DNA of 64,000 nucleotides, from the sequence record OR896824.1; one strand, 5' to 3'. Shown here one piece after another: positions 1 through 10,633 of the stretch. Each line of letters starts with the position of its first letter. The stretch's first letter is position 1. The notes beneath the pieces were generated by a model, which saw only the letters and a list, made by a program, of their open reading frames with translations, made no database searches and was not told the DNA's origin. Source of the stretch: Escherichia phage SmurfNell. Both the position numbers and the translations under genes were made by a program.

Positions 1-1317
1 ATGAAAGTCTCTAGAGACTATATTAACACCACAGATGTTATTGACTTTGGTATTGACAAACGATTCTTCCGTCTGCCAGTCTCTAGCATTCTAGCTCAAG
101 AGGGGATTACACCTAATGCCCCTCAGATTGCAATCATTAATGCGCTGGAAGACCCAAGACACCGCTTCGTGACTGCATGTGTATCACGTCGTGTAGGTAA
201 GTCATTCATCGCATATACACTTGGGTTCCTAAAACTTCTGGAACCCAATGTGAAGGTGCTGGTAGTTGCACCTAACTACTCACTGGCTAACATAGGTTGG
301 TCACAGATTCGTGGTCTTATTAAGAAGTATGGATTACAGACTGAACGTGAGAACGCAAAAGATAAAGAGATTGAACTAGCGAATGGTTCTCTCTTTAAGC
401 TGGCTTCTGCGGCGCAGGCTGACTCCGCGGTTGGTCGTTCATATGACTTCATCATTTTTGACGAAGCAGCGATTTCCGACGTTGGTGGTGCAGCTTTCGA
501 TATTCAGTTACGTCCTACTCTAGATAAGCCAAACTCTAAAGCTCTGTTTATTTCCACACCTCGTGGTGGTAACTGGTTTAAAGAGTTCTATGAGAAAGGA
601 TTTAACGAAACGCTACCTAACTGGGTATCTATTCATGGTACATATCGTGATAACCCACGTGCTGATCTGAACGATATCGAAGAAGCGCGTCGTACTGTTA
701 GTAAAAACTACTTCCGTCAAGAATATGAGGCTGACTTCTCTGTATTCGAAGGTCAGATCTTTGACACCTTCAATGCTATCGAACATGTTAAAGACCTCAA
801 AGGTATGCGTCACTTCTTTAAAGATGATGAGGCTTTCGAAACATTACTTGGTATCGACGTTGGTTATCGTGATCCTACAGCAGTTCTTACTATTAAGTAT
901 CACTACGATGAAGATGTTTATTACGTGCTGGAAGAATATCAGCAAGCTGAAAAGACTACAGCTCAACACGCTGCTTATATCCAACACTGCATAGATCGTT
1001 ATAATGTTGATCGTATATTTGTAGACTCCGCTGCTGCTCAGTTCCGTCAGGACTTAGCATATGAACATGAGATCGCTTCTGCACCCGCTAAGAAATCTGT
1101 CCTAGATGGTTTGGCATGTCTGCAAGCACTGTTCCAGCAAGGTAAGATCATCGTAGATGCTTCATGTACTTCATTGATCCATGCCCTAGCGAACTACAAG
1201 TGGGACTTCCAGGAAGGCGAAGAGAAATTATCACGTGAAAAACCACGTCATGATGCGAACTCTCACCTTTGTGACGCACTGCGCTATGGGATTTACTCAA
1301 TTTCCCGTGGGAAATAA
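1..1317 (+). CDS. terL: Terminase large subunit
   Basis: 438-aa ORF with Walker A-like VSRRVGKS and Walker B-like DFIIFDEAA motifs; sits at the head of a colinear head/tail module; start coincides with window edge. Confidence 0.85.
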   Translation: MKVSRDYINTTDVIDFGIDKRFFRLPVSSILAQEGITPNAPQIAIINALEDPRHRFVTACVSRRVGKSFIAYTLGFLKLLEPNVKVLVVAPNYSLANIGWSQIRGLIKKYGLQTERENAKDKEIELANGSLFKLASAAQADSAVGRSYDFIIFDEAAISDVGGAAFDIQLRPTLDKPNSKALFISTPRGGNWFKEFYEKGFNETLPNWVSIHGTYRDNPRADLNDIEEARRTVSKNYFRQEYEADFSVFEGQIFDTFNAIEHVKDLKGMRHFFKDDEAFETLLGIDVGYRDPTAVLTIKYHYDEDVYYVLEEYQQAEKTTAQHAAYIQHCIDRYNVDRIFVDSAAAQFRQDLAYEHEIASAPAKKSVLDGLACLQALFQQGKIIVDASCTSLIHALANYKWDFQEGEEKLSREKPRHDANSHLCDALRYGIYSISRGK

Positions 1318-1431
1318 ATAAGTATAGGATGGGATACTACTCAGTTGGTATCCCATTCCTGCATTTTAAAATCCCCTTTACAAATTCGACATGATTATGT
1401 ATACTATATTCATACAGTTGAGGAGAATACT

Positions 1432-1869
1432 GTGGCAGGAAATGTAAAATATAAACGTGATGCTATATCACTCATGCGAGACGGTATAAAAAGTCAATAT
1501 AAAAAAGCCGATCGCTGCGAAATCTGTGGTTGTGGTGAAGAATTAGAGCTTCATCATTACCATACAGTGTCTCTACTAGTTAAAAAATTTGCTAAAGAAC
1601 TCCAATTGGATTTCACTGACGAAGAAACAGTCCTCTCAAATAGGACGGCATTCTATGAAAGATATAGGCATGAGCTAGTAGATGACACTGTTACCCTTTG
1701 TGTCCACCATCACCAACTATTACATAAGGTGTACACTAAGGAACCTCCCCTTTTTTCTGCTAATAAGCAGAAGGCATGGGTTCTTAAACAAAAGGAAAAG
1801 CTACAGAATCCTCAAGAAAAGACACAAGTCAAGACTGAAACTAAATCAGGATTCGCAAGGTTCTTATAA
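1432..1869 (+). CDS. HNH (His-Me finger) endonuclease
   Basis: CEICGCG...HHYH...CVHHHQLLH zinc/HNH motifs; start moved to GTG at 1432 because GAGGAG lies 6 nt upstream and the longer ORF has no SD; inserted between terminase and portal. Confidence 0.6.
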   Translation: MAGNVKYKRDAISLMRDGIKSQYKKADRCEICGCGEELELHHYHTVSLLVKKFAKELQLDFTDEETVLSNRTAFYERYRHELVDDTVTLCVHHHQLLHKVYTKEPPLFSANKQKAWVLKQKEKLQNPQEKTQVKTETKSGFARFL

Positions 1870-3086
1870 TGGGTTTAAAAAGCTGGATTACTGAAAAGCT
1901 AAATCCGGGTCAACGTATTATAAGAGACATGGAACCAGTTAGTCATCGCACTAACCGTAAGCCATTTACCACTGGACAAGCCTACAGTAAGATTGAGATT
2001 CTCAACCGAACTGCTAACATGGTTATCGATAGTGCGGCGGAGTGTTCTTATACTGTCGGAGATAAATATAATATTGTCACGTACGCTAATGGCGTCAAGG
2101 CAAAGACTCTAGACACTCTCTTAAATGTACGACCTAATCCATTCATGGATATAAGCACATTCCGTAGACTTGTAGTCACTGACCTACTTTTTGAGGGTTG
2201 TGCATACATCTATTGGGATGGCACAGCACTTTACCATGTCCCTGCTGCACTAATGCAAGTAGAGGCAGATGCCAATAAGTTTATCAAAAAATTCATATTT
2301 AATAACCAGATAGACTATCGCGTAGATGAGATTATCTTTATAAAGGATAACAGTTACGTGTGTGGCACAAACTCCCAAATTTCTGGACAATCTCGTGTTG
2401 CTACAGTTATTGACTCTCTTGAGAAGCGTTCTAAAATGCTTAACTTTAAAGAGAAGTTCCTCGATAACGGCACTGTGATTGGTCTTATTCTTGAGACGGA
2501 TGAAATCCTGAACAAGAAATTGCGTGAGCGTAAACAAGAAGAATTACAACTCGATTATAATCCTAGTACGGGTCAGTCTACTGTCCTGATTCTAGATGGT
2601 GGTATGAAAGCAAAACCGTACTCCCAAATATCCTCTTTTAAAGATCTAGACTTCAAGGAAGATATCGAAGGATTTAATAAATCCATCTGTCTTGCCTTTG
2701 GTGTTCCGCAAGTGTTACTTGATGGAGGTAATAATGCTAACATTCGACCAAACATCGAATTGTTCTATTATATGACTATCATTCCTATGCTGAACAAGCT
2801 GACTAGTTCTCTTACTTTCTTCTTTGGCTACAAGGTTACTCCTAATACTAAGGAAGTAGCTGCACTGACGCCAGATAAAGAAGCTGAGGCTAAACATTTA
2901 ACCTCTTTGGTTAATAACGGTATCATGACTGGTAACGAAGCTCGTGAAGAGCTTAACCTTGAACCTTTAGATGATGAGCAGATGAATAAGATTCGTATTC
3001 CTGCTAACGTTGCTGGTTCTGCAACAGGTGTATCTGGTCAAGAAGGTGGTAGACCGCAAGGCACTGCCGATGGGGATAAAGAATGA
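1869..3086 (+). CDS. Portal protein
   Basis: 405-aa ORF directly after terminase, start overlaps upstream stop (ATAATG); size and position match the T5 portal as I recall it. Confidence 0.75.
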   Translation: MGLKSWITEKLNPGQRIIRDMEPVSHRTNRKPFTTGQAYSKIEILNRTANMVIDSAAECSYTVGDKYNIVTYANGVKAKTLDTLLNVRPNPFMDISTFRRLVVTDLLFEGCAYIYWDGTALYHVPAALMQVEADANKFIKKFIFNNQIDYRVDEIIFIKDNSYVCGTNSQISGQSRVATVIDSLEKRSKMLNFKEKFLDNGTVIGLILETDEILNKKLRERKQEELQLDYNPSTGQSTVLILDGGMKAKPYSQISSFKDLDFKEDIEGFNKSICLAFGVPQVLLDGGNNANIRPNIELFYYMTIIPMLNKLTSSLTFFFGYKVTPNTKEVAALTPDKEAEAKHLTSLVNNGIMTGNEAREELNLEPLDDEQMNKIRIPANVAGSATGVSGQEGGRPQGTADGDKE

Positions 3087-3565
3087 TTGATTATGATGGT
3101 CTAAAGGCCATTTTTGGTGAAAAGCTACCAGAATCTCATATCTTCTTTGCTACGGTTGCAGCACATAAGTTTGTTCCAAACTACGCTACTCTACGTAAAG
3201 AGTTTGGAATGACCACTGCACATACCAACCGCAAGGTTTGGAATAAGTTCAAAGAAGCATACGAAGTTACTGCTCCGGTTGTTCCGGCTCTAGCTTTCAC
3301 AAAGAATCTGGCTAAAACTTTAGCTGTTGATACTGGTGCGGCAATTAATCTGGGCGTAACAGTTACTGGTGGTACTGCACCATATACTTATGCTTGGACT
3401 AAGGACGGTTCTCCACTAAGTGGTGTTACTGGCCCTAATTTCAACAAAGCTACAGCTGCTGCAGAAGATGCTGGTACTTACAAAGTTGTTGTAACGGATA
3501 GTAAATCTACTTCTATTACTTCTAACGAGTGCGTAACAACTATCAACCCTGCGCCGGAGGCTTAA
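3083..3565 (+). CDS. Capsid decoration protein with C-terminal Ig-like domain
   Basis: 160 aa; C-terminal TVTGGTAPYTYAWTKDGSPLSG...GTYKVVVTDSKS is an Ig-like beta-sandwich signature; lies between portal and prohead protease. Confidence 0.6.
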   Translation: MIDYDGLKAIFGEKLPESHIFFATVAAHKFVPNYATLRKEFGMTTAHTNRKVWNKFKEAYEVTAPVVPALAFTKNLAKTLAVDTGAAINLGVTVTGGTAPYTYAWTKDGSPLSGVTGPNFNKATAAAEDAGTYKVVVTDSKSTSITSNECVTTINPAPEA

Positions 3566-3568
3566 TAA

Positions 3569-4201
3569 ATGACAAATGCTGCTATTGACTATAACAAGTT
3601 AAAATCAGCACCGGTTCATTTAGACGCTTACATTAAGTCTATTGATAGCGAATCCAAAGAGGGTGTTGTAAAAATCCGTGGATTCGCTAATACAATTAGT
3701 AAAGATCGCGCTGGTGACGTAATTCCTGCTTCGGCATGGAAAACGTCTAATGCACTTGCTAACTACATGAAAAACCCGATTATTCTTTTCGGCCACGACC
3801 ATCGTCGTCCAATCGGCAAGTGTATTGATCTTAATCCTACTGAAATGGGTCTCGAAATTGAATGTGAGATTTATGAAAGTTCTGATCCAGCTATCTTCTC
3901 ACTAATTAAAAACGGTGTACTGAAAACCTTCAGTATCGGATTCCGCTGCCTAGATGCAGAATGGGATGAAGCTACTGACATATTTATTATTAAAGATTTA
4001 GAACTATACGAAGTCTCGGTAGTTTCTGTACCTTGTAATCAGGACTCAACGTTCAACCTTGCTAAGAGTATGAATGGCCACGATTACACTGAATGGCGCA
4101 AATCTTTTACTGCAACAAGTTCTAAAGCTGTCCCAGCCCAAGAACGTAAACTTTCTGAATTAGAAAAACTAGCGATAGCCTTAGGCTGCGTTAAAGAATA
4201 A
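3569..4201 (+). CDS. Prohead maturation protease
   Basis: 210 aa immediately upstream of the major capsid gene; ILFGHDHRRPIGK matches phage prohead serine-protease family motifs. Confidence 0.7.
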   Translation: MTNAAIDYNKLKSAPVHLDAYIKSIDSESKEGVVKIRGFANTISKDRAGDVIPASAWKTSNALANYMKNPIILFGHDHRRPIGKCIDLNPTEMGLEIECEIYESSDPAIFSLIKNGVLKTFSIGFRCLDAEWDEATDIFIIKDLELYEVSVVSVPCNQDSTFNLAKSMNGHDYTEWRKSFTATSSKAVPAQERKLSELEKLAIALGCVKE

Positions 4202-4216
4202 CGGAGAAATATTTAA

Positions 4217-5599
4217 ATGTCTGATACTAACATTGATTTTGGAAAACTGCGTGAGCAACTGGGCCTAAGTGAACTGGCTAAGTCTGTAGAAGGTCTGACT
4301 GCTGCTCAGAAAGCTGCGGAAGCTAAGCGTCTGCGTGAAGAGCAGGAAGAAAAAGAACTAGCTCGTATGAACGACCTGGTATCTAAAGCTGTTGGCGAAG
4401 ATCGTCAGAAGCTGGAGCAGGCTCTGGAACTGGTTAAGAACCTGGACGAGAAGTCTAAGAAGAGCGCAGAACTGTTTGCACAGACTGTAGAAAAGCAACA
4501 GGAAACCATCGTTGGTCTTCAGGACGAAATCAAGTCTCTGTTGGCAGCTCGTGAAGGTCGTTCCTTCGTTGGTGATAGCGTAGCTAAAGCTCTTTATGGC
4601 ACTCAGGATGCTTTCGAAGATGAAGTTGAGAAACTGGTTCTTCTGTCTTATATGATGGAGAAGGACGTATTCGAAACTGAACATGGTAAGGCTCACGTTA
4701 AAGCTGTTAACGGTTCTTCTTCCGTTTCCATGTCTAGCGAAGCATATGAAACTATCTTCTCTACCCGTATTATCCGTGACCTGCAGAAGGAACTGGTAGT
4801 TGGTGCACTGTTCGATGAACTGCCAATGTCCAGCAAAATCCTTACTATGCTCGTTGAACCAGAAGCTGGTCGTGCTACTTGGGTAGACGCTTCCAAATTT
4901 GGTACTGACGAAACTGTTGGTGACGAAGTTAAGGGTCAACTGACTGAAATCAGCTTTAAAACTTACAAGCTGGCTGCTAAGTCCTTCATCACTGATGAAA
5001 CTGAAGAAGATGCAATCTTCTCTCTACTGCCTCTACTACGTAAGCGTCTGATCGAAGCACATGCTGTTTCTATCGAAGAAGCTTTCATGAACGGTACTGG
5101 TACTGGTCAGCCTAAGGGTCTTCTGAAACTGGCTTCCGATGATGGTGCTAAGGTTGTTACCGAAGCTAAAGCGGACGGTTCTGTTCTGGTAACTGCTAAG
5201 ACTATCTCTAAGCTGCGTCGTAAACTGGGCCGTCACGGTCTGAAACTGAGCAAACTGGTACTGATTGTATCTATGGATGCTTACTACGATCTGCTGGAAG
5301 ATGAAGAGTGGCAGGATGTTGCCCAGGTTGGTAACGATGCTGTTAAACTGCAGGGTCAGGTTGGTCGTATTTACGGTCTACCGGTTGTAGTTTCTGAGTA
5401 CTTCCCAGCTAAAGCTGCTTCCGCTGAATTCGCAGTTATTGTTTACAAAGATAACTTCGTAATGCCGCGTCAGCGTGCTGTTACTGTTGAACGTGAGCGC
5501 CAAGCTGGAAAACAGCGTGACGCATACTACGTTACTCAGCGTGTTAACCTGCAACGTTACTTCGAAAACGGCGTTGTATCTGGTGCTTACGCTGCTTAA
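4217..5599 (+). CDS. Major capsid protein precursor with N-terminal scaffolding (delta) domain
   Basis: 460 aa; first ~150 aa are coiled-coil and charged (AQKAAEAKRLREEQEEKELARM), typical of a fused scaffold; strongly host-optimal codon usage; SD GGAGAAAT upstream. Confidence 0.85.
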   Translation: MSDTNIDFGKLREQLGLSELAKSVEGLTAAQKAAEAKRLREEQEEKELARMNDLVSKAVGEDRQKLEQALELVKNLDEKSKKSAELFAQTVEKQQETIVGLQDEIKSLLAAREGRSFVGDSVAKALYGTQDAFEDEVEKLVLLSYMMEKDVFETEHGKAHVKAVNGSSSVSMSSEAYETIFSTRIIRDLQKELVVGALFDELPMSSKILTMLVEPEAGRATWVDASKFGTDETVGDEVKGQLTEISFKTYKLAAKSFITDETEEDAIFSLLPLLRKRLIEAHAVSIEEAFMNGTGTGQPKGLLKLASDDGAKVVTEAKADGSVLVTAKTISKLRRKLGRHGLKLSKLVLIVSMDAYYDLLEDEEWQDVAQVGNDAVKLQGQVGRIYGLPVVVSEYFPAKAASAEFAVIVYKDNFVMPRQRAVTVERERQAGKQRDAYYVTQRVNLQRYFENGVVSGAYAA

Positions 5600-5620
5600 T
5601 ACAGGCTTTTCAGCCGATAA

Positions 5621-5646
5621 GGAGAGCTTCGGCTCTCCTTTTTTAT
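5621..5646 (+). terminator. Rho-independent terminator after capsid gene
   Basis: GGAGAGC-TTCG-GCTCTCC hairpin followed by TTTTTTATT. Confidence 0.75.
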
Positions 5647-5658
5647 TGGGAAAAATAA

Positions 5659-6171
5659 ATGCAAATCATCACTGTTGAAGATTATAAACTATATGGGAAT
5701 TTAAAACGTCCTGATATGGAAACTCAGGTTGAGATGATGATTAAAGCTGCCAATACGCTGATTACAAGCCTTCTAGGTATGGATGATGCAGATGCGGTAG
5801 ATCAATTAATCACCACAAAACCTAGCCGTAGGAAATATTTCCTGAGTTCTCCCTCAGCCACATCTATTACAAAGATGACTATTAACGAGAATGAAATAGA
5901 CCCGGAACAGTTTAAACTGTATCCTGATGGTGTTATTCTCCTTAAGTTTAATCCTCCTGAAGGATATATGGATGTAGAGTATACCCAAGGTGGTTTCAAT
6001 CCAATGCCTGAAGATCTTAAACTGGCAGCATGTCTGTTAGTAGATCATTGGCATAAGCAAGATTATCGTCAAGCCAAGACTATTGGTGGTGAGACAGTTA
6101 CGTTTAATAATACTAAGTCTGGTATTCCAGAGCATATACGTACAATCATTGAAGTCTACAGGAGAGTATAA
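5659..6171 (+). CDS. Head completion / head-tail adaptor protein (by position)
   Basis: 170-aa ORF right after capsid terminator; function from synteny only. Confidence 0.45.
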   Translation: MQIITVEDYKLYGNLKRPDMETQVEMMIKAANTLITSLLGMDDADAVDQLITTKPSRRKYFLSSPSATSITKMTINENEIDPEQFKLYPDGVILLKFNPPEGYMDVEYTQGGFNPMPEDLKLAACLLVDHWHKQDYRQAKTIGGETVTFNNTKSGIPEHIRTIIEVYRRV

Positions 6172-6938
6172 TGGCTCTTTCCGATCTAGCTAGACAAATT
6201 ATTAAAGAGCAGCTAGATACCGCAGGACGATCTGAGAATAATAAGAATACTGTTGTATATACAGTTGAGACTGGTTTGAAAGATCCTACAAGAGATGGTA
6301 CAGTTGCACAGGTATCTTTCAAATTCTCAAAACCAGTATCACAAGACTTATTAAATGTTAGGACAGCATCTATACTGAAGGCTGTTTCTTCTAACTTAGA
6401 TCTTTCCGGTGATTTAGGCGCTCTAGAGAATTTAATTCAAGCAACCGCAGGTAAACGTTCTGCTGTTGGTAAAAAACGTTCTACCGGTAGAGTTCAGGTA
6501 AACTTTGGAGATCCTAGAGATACTGAAGATGGCTATTCAGGTGCAGTAACAGGTGCTTCCGGTCGTTTCGTATCAAATAGTAACATGCGTGCTATTCTTG
6601 AGATAGTAGCTAAGGAATATTTAATCAAGGATATGAAAAAAGCAGGGGCACCATTGAAGTTCAGAACTGGTCGCTTTGCTAACTCCTTAAAGATTAAAGA
6701 TGTTATGTTACGTGATGCAGAAACTAGTAAAGGTGCTCCAGAGATGAATGTGACGTATAACTATATGGTTCGTCCTTACTCTGTGTTCAACCCCGCAGTT
6801 TCTACATATCGAAGACTTTCTCTACGACCTTACCCTGGCGCTCGAAACCCTCAAAAACTTATTGGGGAAGCAATCGCAAAAGCTGCAAGAGACCTGATTC
6901 ACTCTAGATATAAAATCAAGGTTAATCAAGGAACCTAA
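6171..6938 (+). CDS. Neck / tail completion protein (by position)
   Basis: 255-aa ORF, start overlaps upstream stop; synteny only. Confidence 0.4.
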   Translation: MALSDLARQIIKEQLDTAGRSENNKNTVVYTVETGLKDPTRDGTVAQVSFKFSKPVSQDLLNVRTASILKAVSSNLDLSGDLGALENLIQATAGKRSAVGKKRSTGRVQVNFGDPRDTEDGYSGAVTGASGRFVSNSNMRAILEIVAKEYLIKDMKKAGAPLKFRTGRFANSLKIKDVMLRDAETSKGAPEMNVTYNYMVRPYSVFNPAVSTYRRLSLRPYPGARNPQKLIGEAIAKAARDLIHSRYKIKVNQGT

Positions 6939-6941
6939 TAA

Positions 6942-7427
6942 ATGGATCACAGAACAAGTATTGCACAAGCAGTGGTTGACCGAATCGCCACACAAATGGA
7001 TGGTTCACAACCTGACGAGTATTTCAATAACCTTTATGGAAACGTTTCTCGTCAAACTTATAAATTCGAGGAAATCCGAGAATTTCCTTATGTGGCAGTC
7101 CATATCGGAACTGAAACTGGGCAGTATCTTCCCTCAGGCCAACAGTGGATGTTTTTAGAACTTCCAATCCTCGTGTATGACAAAGAGAAAACAGATATTC
7201 AAGAGCAACTTGAAAAACTCGTAGCTGACATAAAAACCGTCATTGACACAGGTGGAAATTTAGAATATACTGTTAGTAAACCTAATGGATCGACCTTCCC
7301 ATGTGAGGCAACTGATATGAGCATCACCTCAGTAGCTACAGATGAGGGTCTACTGGCCCCATATGGTTTAGCGGAAATAAATGTAACAGTGAGGTATCAG
7401 CCACCTCGTAGGGCACTTCGCAGATAA
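6942..7427 (+). CDS. Tail terminator-like protein (by position)
   Basis: 161-aa ORF immediately upstream of the tail tube gene; synteny only. Confidence 0.4.
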   Translation: MDHRTSIAQAVVDRIATQMDGSQPDEYFNNLYGNVSRQTYKFEEIREFPYVAVHIGTETGQYLPSGQQWMFLELPILVYDKEKTDIQEQLEKLVADIKTVIDTGGNLEYTVSKPNGSTFPCEATDMSITSVATDEGLLAPYGLAEINVTVRYQPPRRALRR

Positions 7428-7453
7428 GTTACAGATTAGGAGAATATAAATAA

Positions 7454-8863
7454 ATGTCTTTACAACTATTACGTAATACTCGAATCTTCGTGTCTACGGT
7501 TAAGACTGGTCACGATAAGACCAACACGCAGGAGATTCTAGTTCAAGATGATATTTCTTGGGGTCAGGACAGTAACTCAACCGATATTACTGTTAACGAA
7601 GCTGGTCCGCGTCCAACTCGTGGTTCAAAACGTTTCAACGACTCCCTGAACGCAGCTGAGTGGAGTTTCTCTACTTACATCCTGCCTTACTTAGATAAGA
7701 CTACTAGTAAGCAGATCGTTCCGGACTACATGCTGTGGCATGCTCTTTCTAGTGGTAAGCCTATCAACCTAGATGGTGATACAGGTGCTCACACTAACGA
7801 AACTAACTTCATGGTTAACTTTAAGGATAACGCATACCACGAGCTGGCAATGCTACATATTTACATCCTTACTGATAAAGCATGGAGCTACATCGATTCC
7901 TGTCAGATCAACCAGGCTGAAGTAAACGTTGATATCGAAGATATCGGTCGTGTAACTTGGTCAGGTAATGGTAACCAGCTGATCCCTCTGGACGCTGCTC
8001 CCTTTGATCCTGATACTGTGGGTATTGATGATGAAACTTACATGACTATCCAGGGTTCTTACATCAAGAACAAACTGACTATCCTCAAAATTAAGGATAT
8101 GGATACTGGTAAGGCATATGACATTCCGATCACTGGTGGTAGCTTTACAATTAACAACAACATCACCTATCTGACTCCTAACGTCATGTCCCGTGTTAAC
8201 ATCCCAATCGGTTCATTTACTGGTGCATTCGAATTAACTGGTTCTCTGACCGCTTATCTTAACGATAAAGCTCTAGGTTCTATGGATCTGTATAAAGATC
8301 TGATTAAGACCCTGAAGGTAGTTAACCGTTTCGAAATCGCTCTAGTACTTGGCGGTGAATATGATGATGAGCGCCCAGCCGCTGTTCTAGTTGCTAAGCA
8401 AGCTCACGTTAACATCCCAACTATTGAGACTGACGATGTACTTGGTACTTCTGTAGAGTTCAAAGCAATTCCTACTGATCTGGATACTGGTGATGAAGGT
8501 TATCTTGGTTTCTCTAATAAGTACACCAAAACTACTATTGCAAATCTGATTGCAACTGGTGACGGTGGTAAAGCAGCTCCGGTTAAGGTAACAGGTATTA
8601 CTGTTAAATCCGCGGGTGATGCAGCTTCCGTTGATAATAGTGCAACTCTTCAGATGACTGTAGATGTTTTGCCTGCTGAAGCTACTAATAAGGAAGTAAC
8701 TTGGTCTATTTCCTCCGGTACTGCTGCTACTATTGATGCAACTTCTGGTTTACTGACCGCTGATGCTTCTAAGACTGGTGCAGTTACTGTGAAAGCCGTA
8801 GCTAAAGATGGTTCTGGTGTAGAAGGTACTAAGAGCATTACAGTTACTGCTTCTGGTGGCTAA
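7454..8863 (+). CDS. Major tail tube protein with C-terminal Ig-like (Big_2-type) domain
   Basis: 469 aa; C-terminal ITVKSAGDAASVDNSATLQMTVDVLPAEATNKEVTWSISSG...VTVKAVAKDGSG is a Big_2-like signature; SD TAGGAG upstream; high-expression codon usage. Confidence 0.75.
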   Translation: MSLQLLRNTRIFVSTVKTGHDKTNTQEILVQDDISWGQDSNSTDITVNEAGPRPTRGSKRFNDSLNAAEWSFSTYILPYLDKTTSKQIVPDYMLWHALSSGKPINLDGDTGAHTNETNFMVNFKDNAYHELAMLHIYILTDKAWSYIDSCQINQAEVNVDIEDIGRVTWSGNGNQLIPLDAAPFDPDTVGIDDETYMTIQGSYIKNKLTILKIKDMDTGKAYDIPITGGSFTINNNITYLTPNVMSRVNIPIGSFTGAFELTGSLTAYLNDKALGSMDLYKDLIKTLKVVNRFEIALVLGGEYDDERPAAVLVAKQAHVNIPTIETDDVLGTSVEFKAIPTDLDTGDEGYLGFSNKYTKTTIANLIATGDGGKAAPVKVTGITVKSAGDAASVDNSATLQMTVDVLPAEATNKEVTWSISSGTAATIDATSGLLTADASKTGAVTVKAVAKDGSGVEGTKSITVTASGG

Positions 8864-8867
8864 TTAA

Positions 8868-9767
8868 ATGTACTACTCTCTAATGAGGGAGTCAAAAGTT
8901 ATAGTTGAGTATGATGGCAGGGCTTATCATTTTGATGCCCTGTCAAATTACGATATCAATACGTCCTATGAGGAATTTAAAACTCTTCGTAGGACTATCC
9001 ATCGTAGAACCAACTATGCTGACTCTATTATTAATGCACAAACTCCATCTTCAATATCGCTGGCTATAAATTTTAGTAATACCCTTACTGAAGCTAACTT
9101 CTTTGAATGGATGGGCTTTGACCGAGAGGGTAACACATTCTTACTACCACTTTATAGTACAAATATTGAGCCAACAATGTTTAATATATACATAGTTAAT
9201 AAAGATAATAACTGTGTATACTTTGAGAATTGCTATGTATCTACTGTAGACTTTTCTCTAGATAAAAGCGTTCCTATCCTAAACGTAGGAATTGAATCTG
9301 GTAAGTTCTCTGAGGTGTCTACTTTTACTCCTGCTGGTTCTATTGTTCAGGGTGAAGTTATGTCATATAGTCCTCCTAGAGTATCTACCAACAGTAATGT
9401 TTTACCAGCTCTTTTATCCGCTTCTATGTCATTCCAGCAACAATGTTCTTGGAGAGAAGATAAAAGCGTATTTGACATAAACAAAATATATAATAATAAG
9501 AGAGCTTATGTTAATGAAATGAATGCTTCGGCAACAATTGCATTTTACTACACCAAGCGATTTGCTGGTGATATATTTTATAATATTGAACCCGAAACTG
9601 ACATACCATTAACCATCAGAAATGAACATATTTCGATTGATTTTCCTTCAGCACGTATAACAAAACGCCTACAATTCTCGGATATATACAGAGTTGAATG
9701 GGATGTAATCCCTACTGCAGACTCTGATCCGGTAAGAATCGACTTCTTTGGAGAAATAAAGAAATGA
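8868..9767 (+). CDS. Minor tail / collar-associated protein (by position)
   Basis: 299-aa ORF after tail tube gene; synteny only. Confidence 0.4.
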   Translation: MYYSLMRESKVIVEYDGRAYHFDALSNYDINTSYEEFKTLRRTIHRRTNYADSIINAQTPSSISLAINFSNTLTEANFFEWMGFDREGNTFLLPLYSTNIEPTMFNIYIVNKDNNCVYFENCYVSTVDFSLDKSVPILNVGIESGKFSEVSTFTPAGSIVQGEVMSYSPPRVSTNSNVLPALLSASMSFQQQCSWREDKSVFDINKIYNNKRAYVNEMNASATIAFYYTKRFAGDIFYNIEPETDIPLTIRNEHISIDFPSARITKRLQFSDIYRVEWDVIPTADSDPVRIDFFGEIKK

Positions 9768-10168
9768 TCAATTTAAAAGATATTACCCTTGAAACTCGTA
9801 CTATTGAGCTGGCTTACCCAGGTATGCCTAACTTCAAGCTGCAACTGAACTACATGTCTCGTGCTGCATCTAAGCGTGTTATCTCTTCCGCTAAGCGTGA
9901 TGAGTGGGTTAACGGTACTATGATTCAGGTTCAGGATGATGATAAGTTTATTGAAGCTTTCGTTGATACTGCAATTGCTGGCTGGACTGGCTTGACGATT
10001 GGAGATGTTGAGAAGCTGATGCTTATCGAAACTGAAGCTGATCCTACTACTGAAGTTCCATTTAGCCGCGATAATGCTATCATGCTTATGCAGAACTCTG
10101 CTGCGTTTGATTCTTGGATCAACCAGACAGTGTTCCACTTAGACACTTTTCGTAGCTCAAAAGCGTAA
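9764..10168 (+). CDS. Putative tape-measure assembly chaperone (G-like)
   Basis: 134-aa ORF directly upstream of tape measure gene region. Confidence 0.4.
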   Translation: MINLKDITLETRTIELAYPGMPNFKLQLNYMSRAASKRVISSAKRDEWVNGTMIQVQDDDKFIEAFVDTAIAGWTGLTIGDVEKLMLIETEADPTTEVPFSRDNAIMLMQNSAAFDSWINQTVFHLDTFRSSKA

Positions 10169-10229
10169 GCAGTTACTAGATGCTGTTGCCGATTTTGCAG
10201 ATAAATGCATTAAATCCTCAGCATCTAAA

Positions 10230-10598
10230 ATGACAAAACAACAATATTTAATGCTTTGTGAGTCACTAGGTATTGAACCTGATCCTAAGGCAATGCCTGT
10301 TGAACTCGAAGATTTTCCACCTATTGTATCTACTAGTATGAATATTTATAACAGTCTTATTGACTGTTTCATACCAGGTGACTTTCCTATCTTTATAGGA
10401 AAAGACAAAAGTGCACTAGGTGTTTTATTTGATATCTATGGGATTACTGATCCTATAGAGAAAGAGTTTGTTCTACACATCATCAATATATTTGATTCGA
10501 AAGCTGTAGATGCAGCTCGTAAGAGAGCCGAGAAGCATAGTAAACCTAATGGTCGTACTCCGAACATTAAACCGCATGCTAGATCTCGAGCTCAGTAA
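10230..10598 (+). CDS. Putative tape-measure chaperone partner (T-like) or independent small protein
   Basis: 122-aa ORF with no SD; its frame is open back to 10143 and overlaps the end of the previous ORF in a different frame. Confidence 0.35.
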   Translation: MTKQQYLMLCESLGIEPDPKAMPVELEDFPPIVSTSMNIYNSLIDCFIPGDFPIFIGKDKSALGVLFDIYGITDPIEKEFVLHIINIFDSKAVDAARKRAEKHSKPNGRTPNIKPHARSRAQ

Positions 10599-10633
10599 AA
10601 GTTTCCTCCAATGGGCGTTCCACGATGAGGCTT

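Noticed and set aside
1331-1354. GGGATAC...GTATCCC hairpin after terminase as a terminator
   Set aside because: No convincing U-tract follows and the HNH gene SD/start is embedded just downstream; recorded only as a possible stem-loop
4358-4939. 193-aa minus-strand ORF inside the major capsid gene
   Set aside because: Lies entirely antisense to a well-supported, codon-biased CDS; low-complexity translation and no SD
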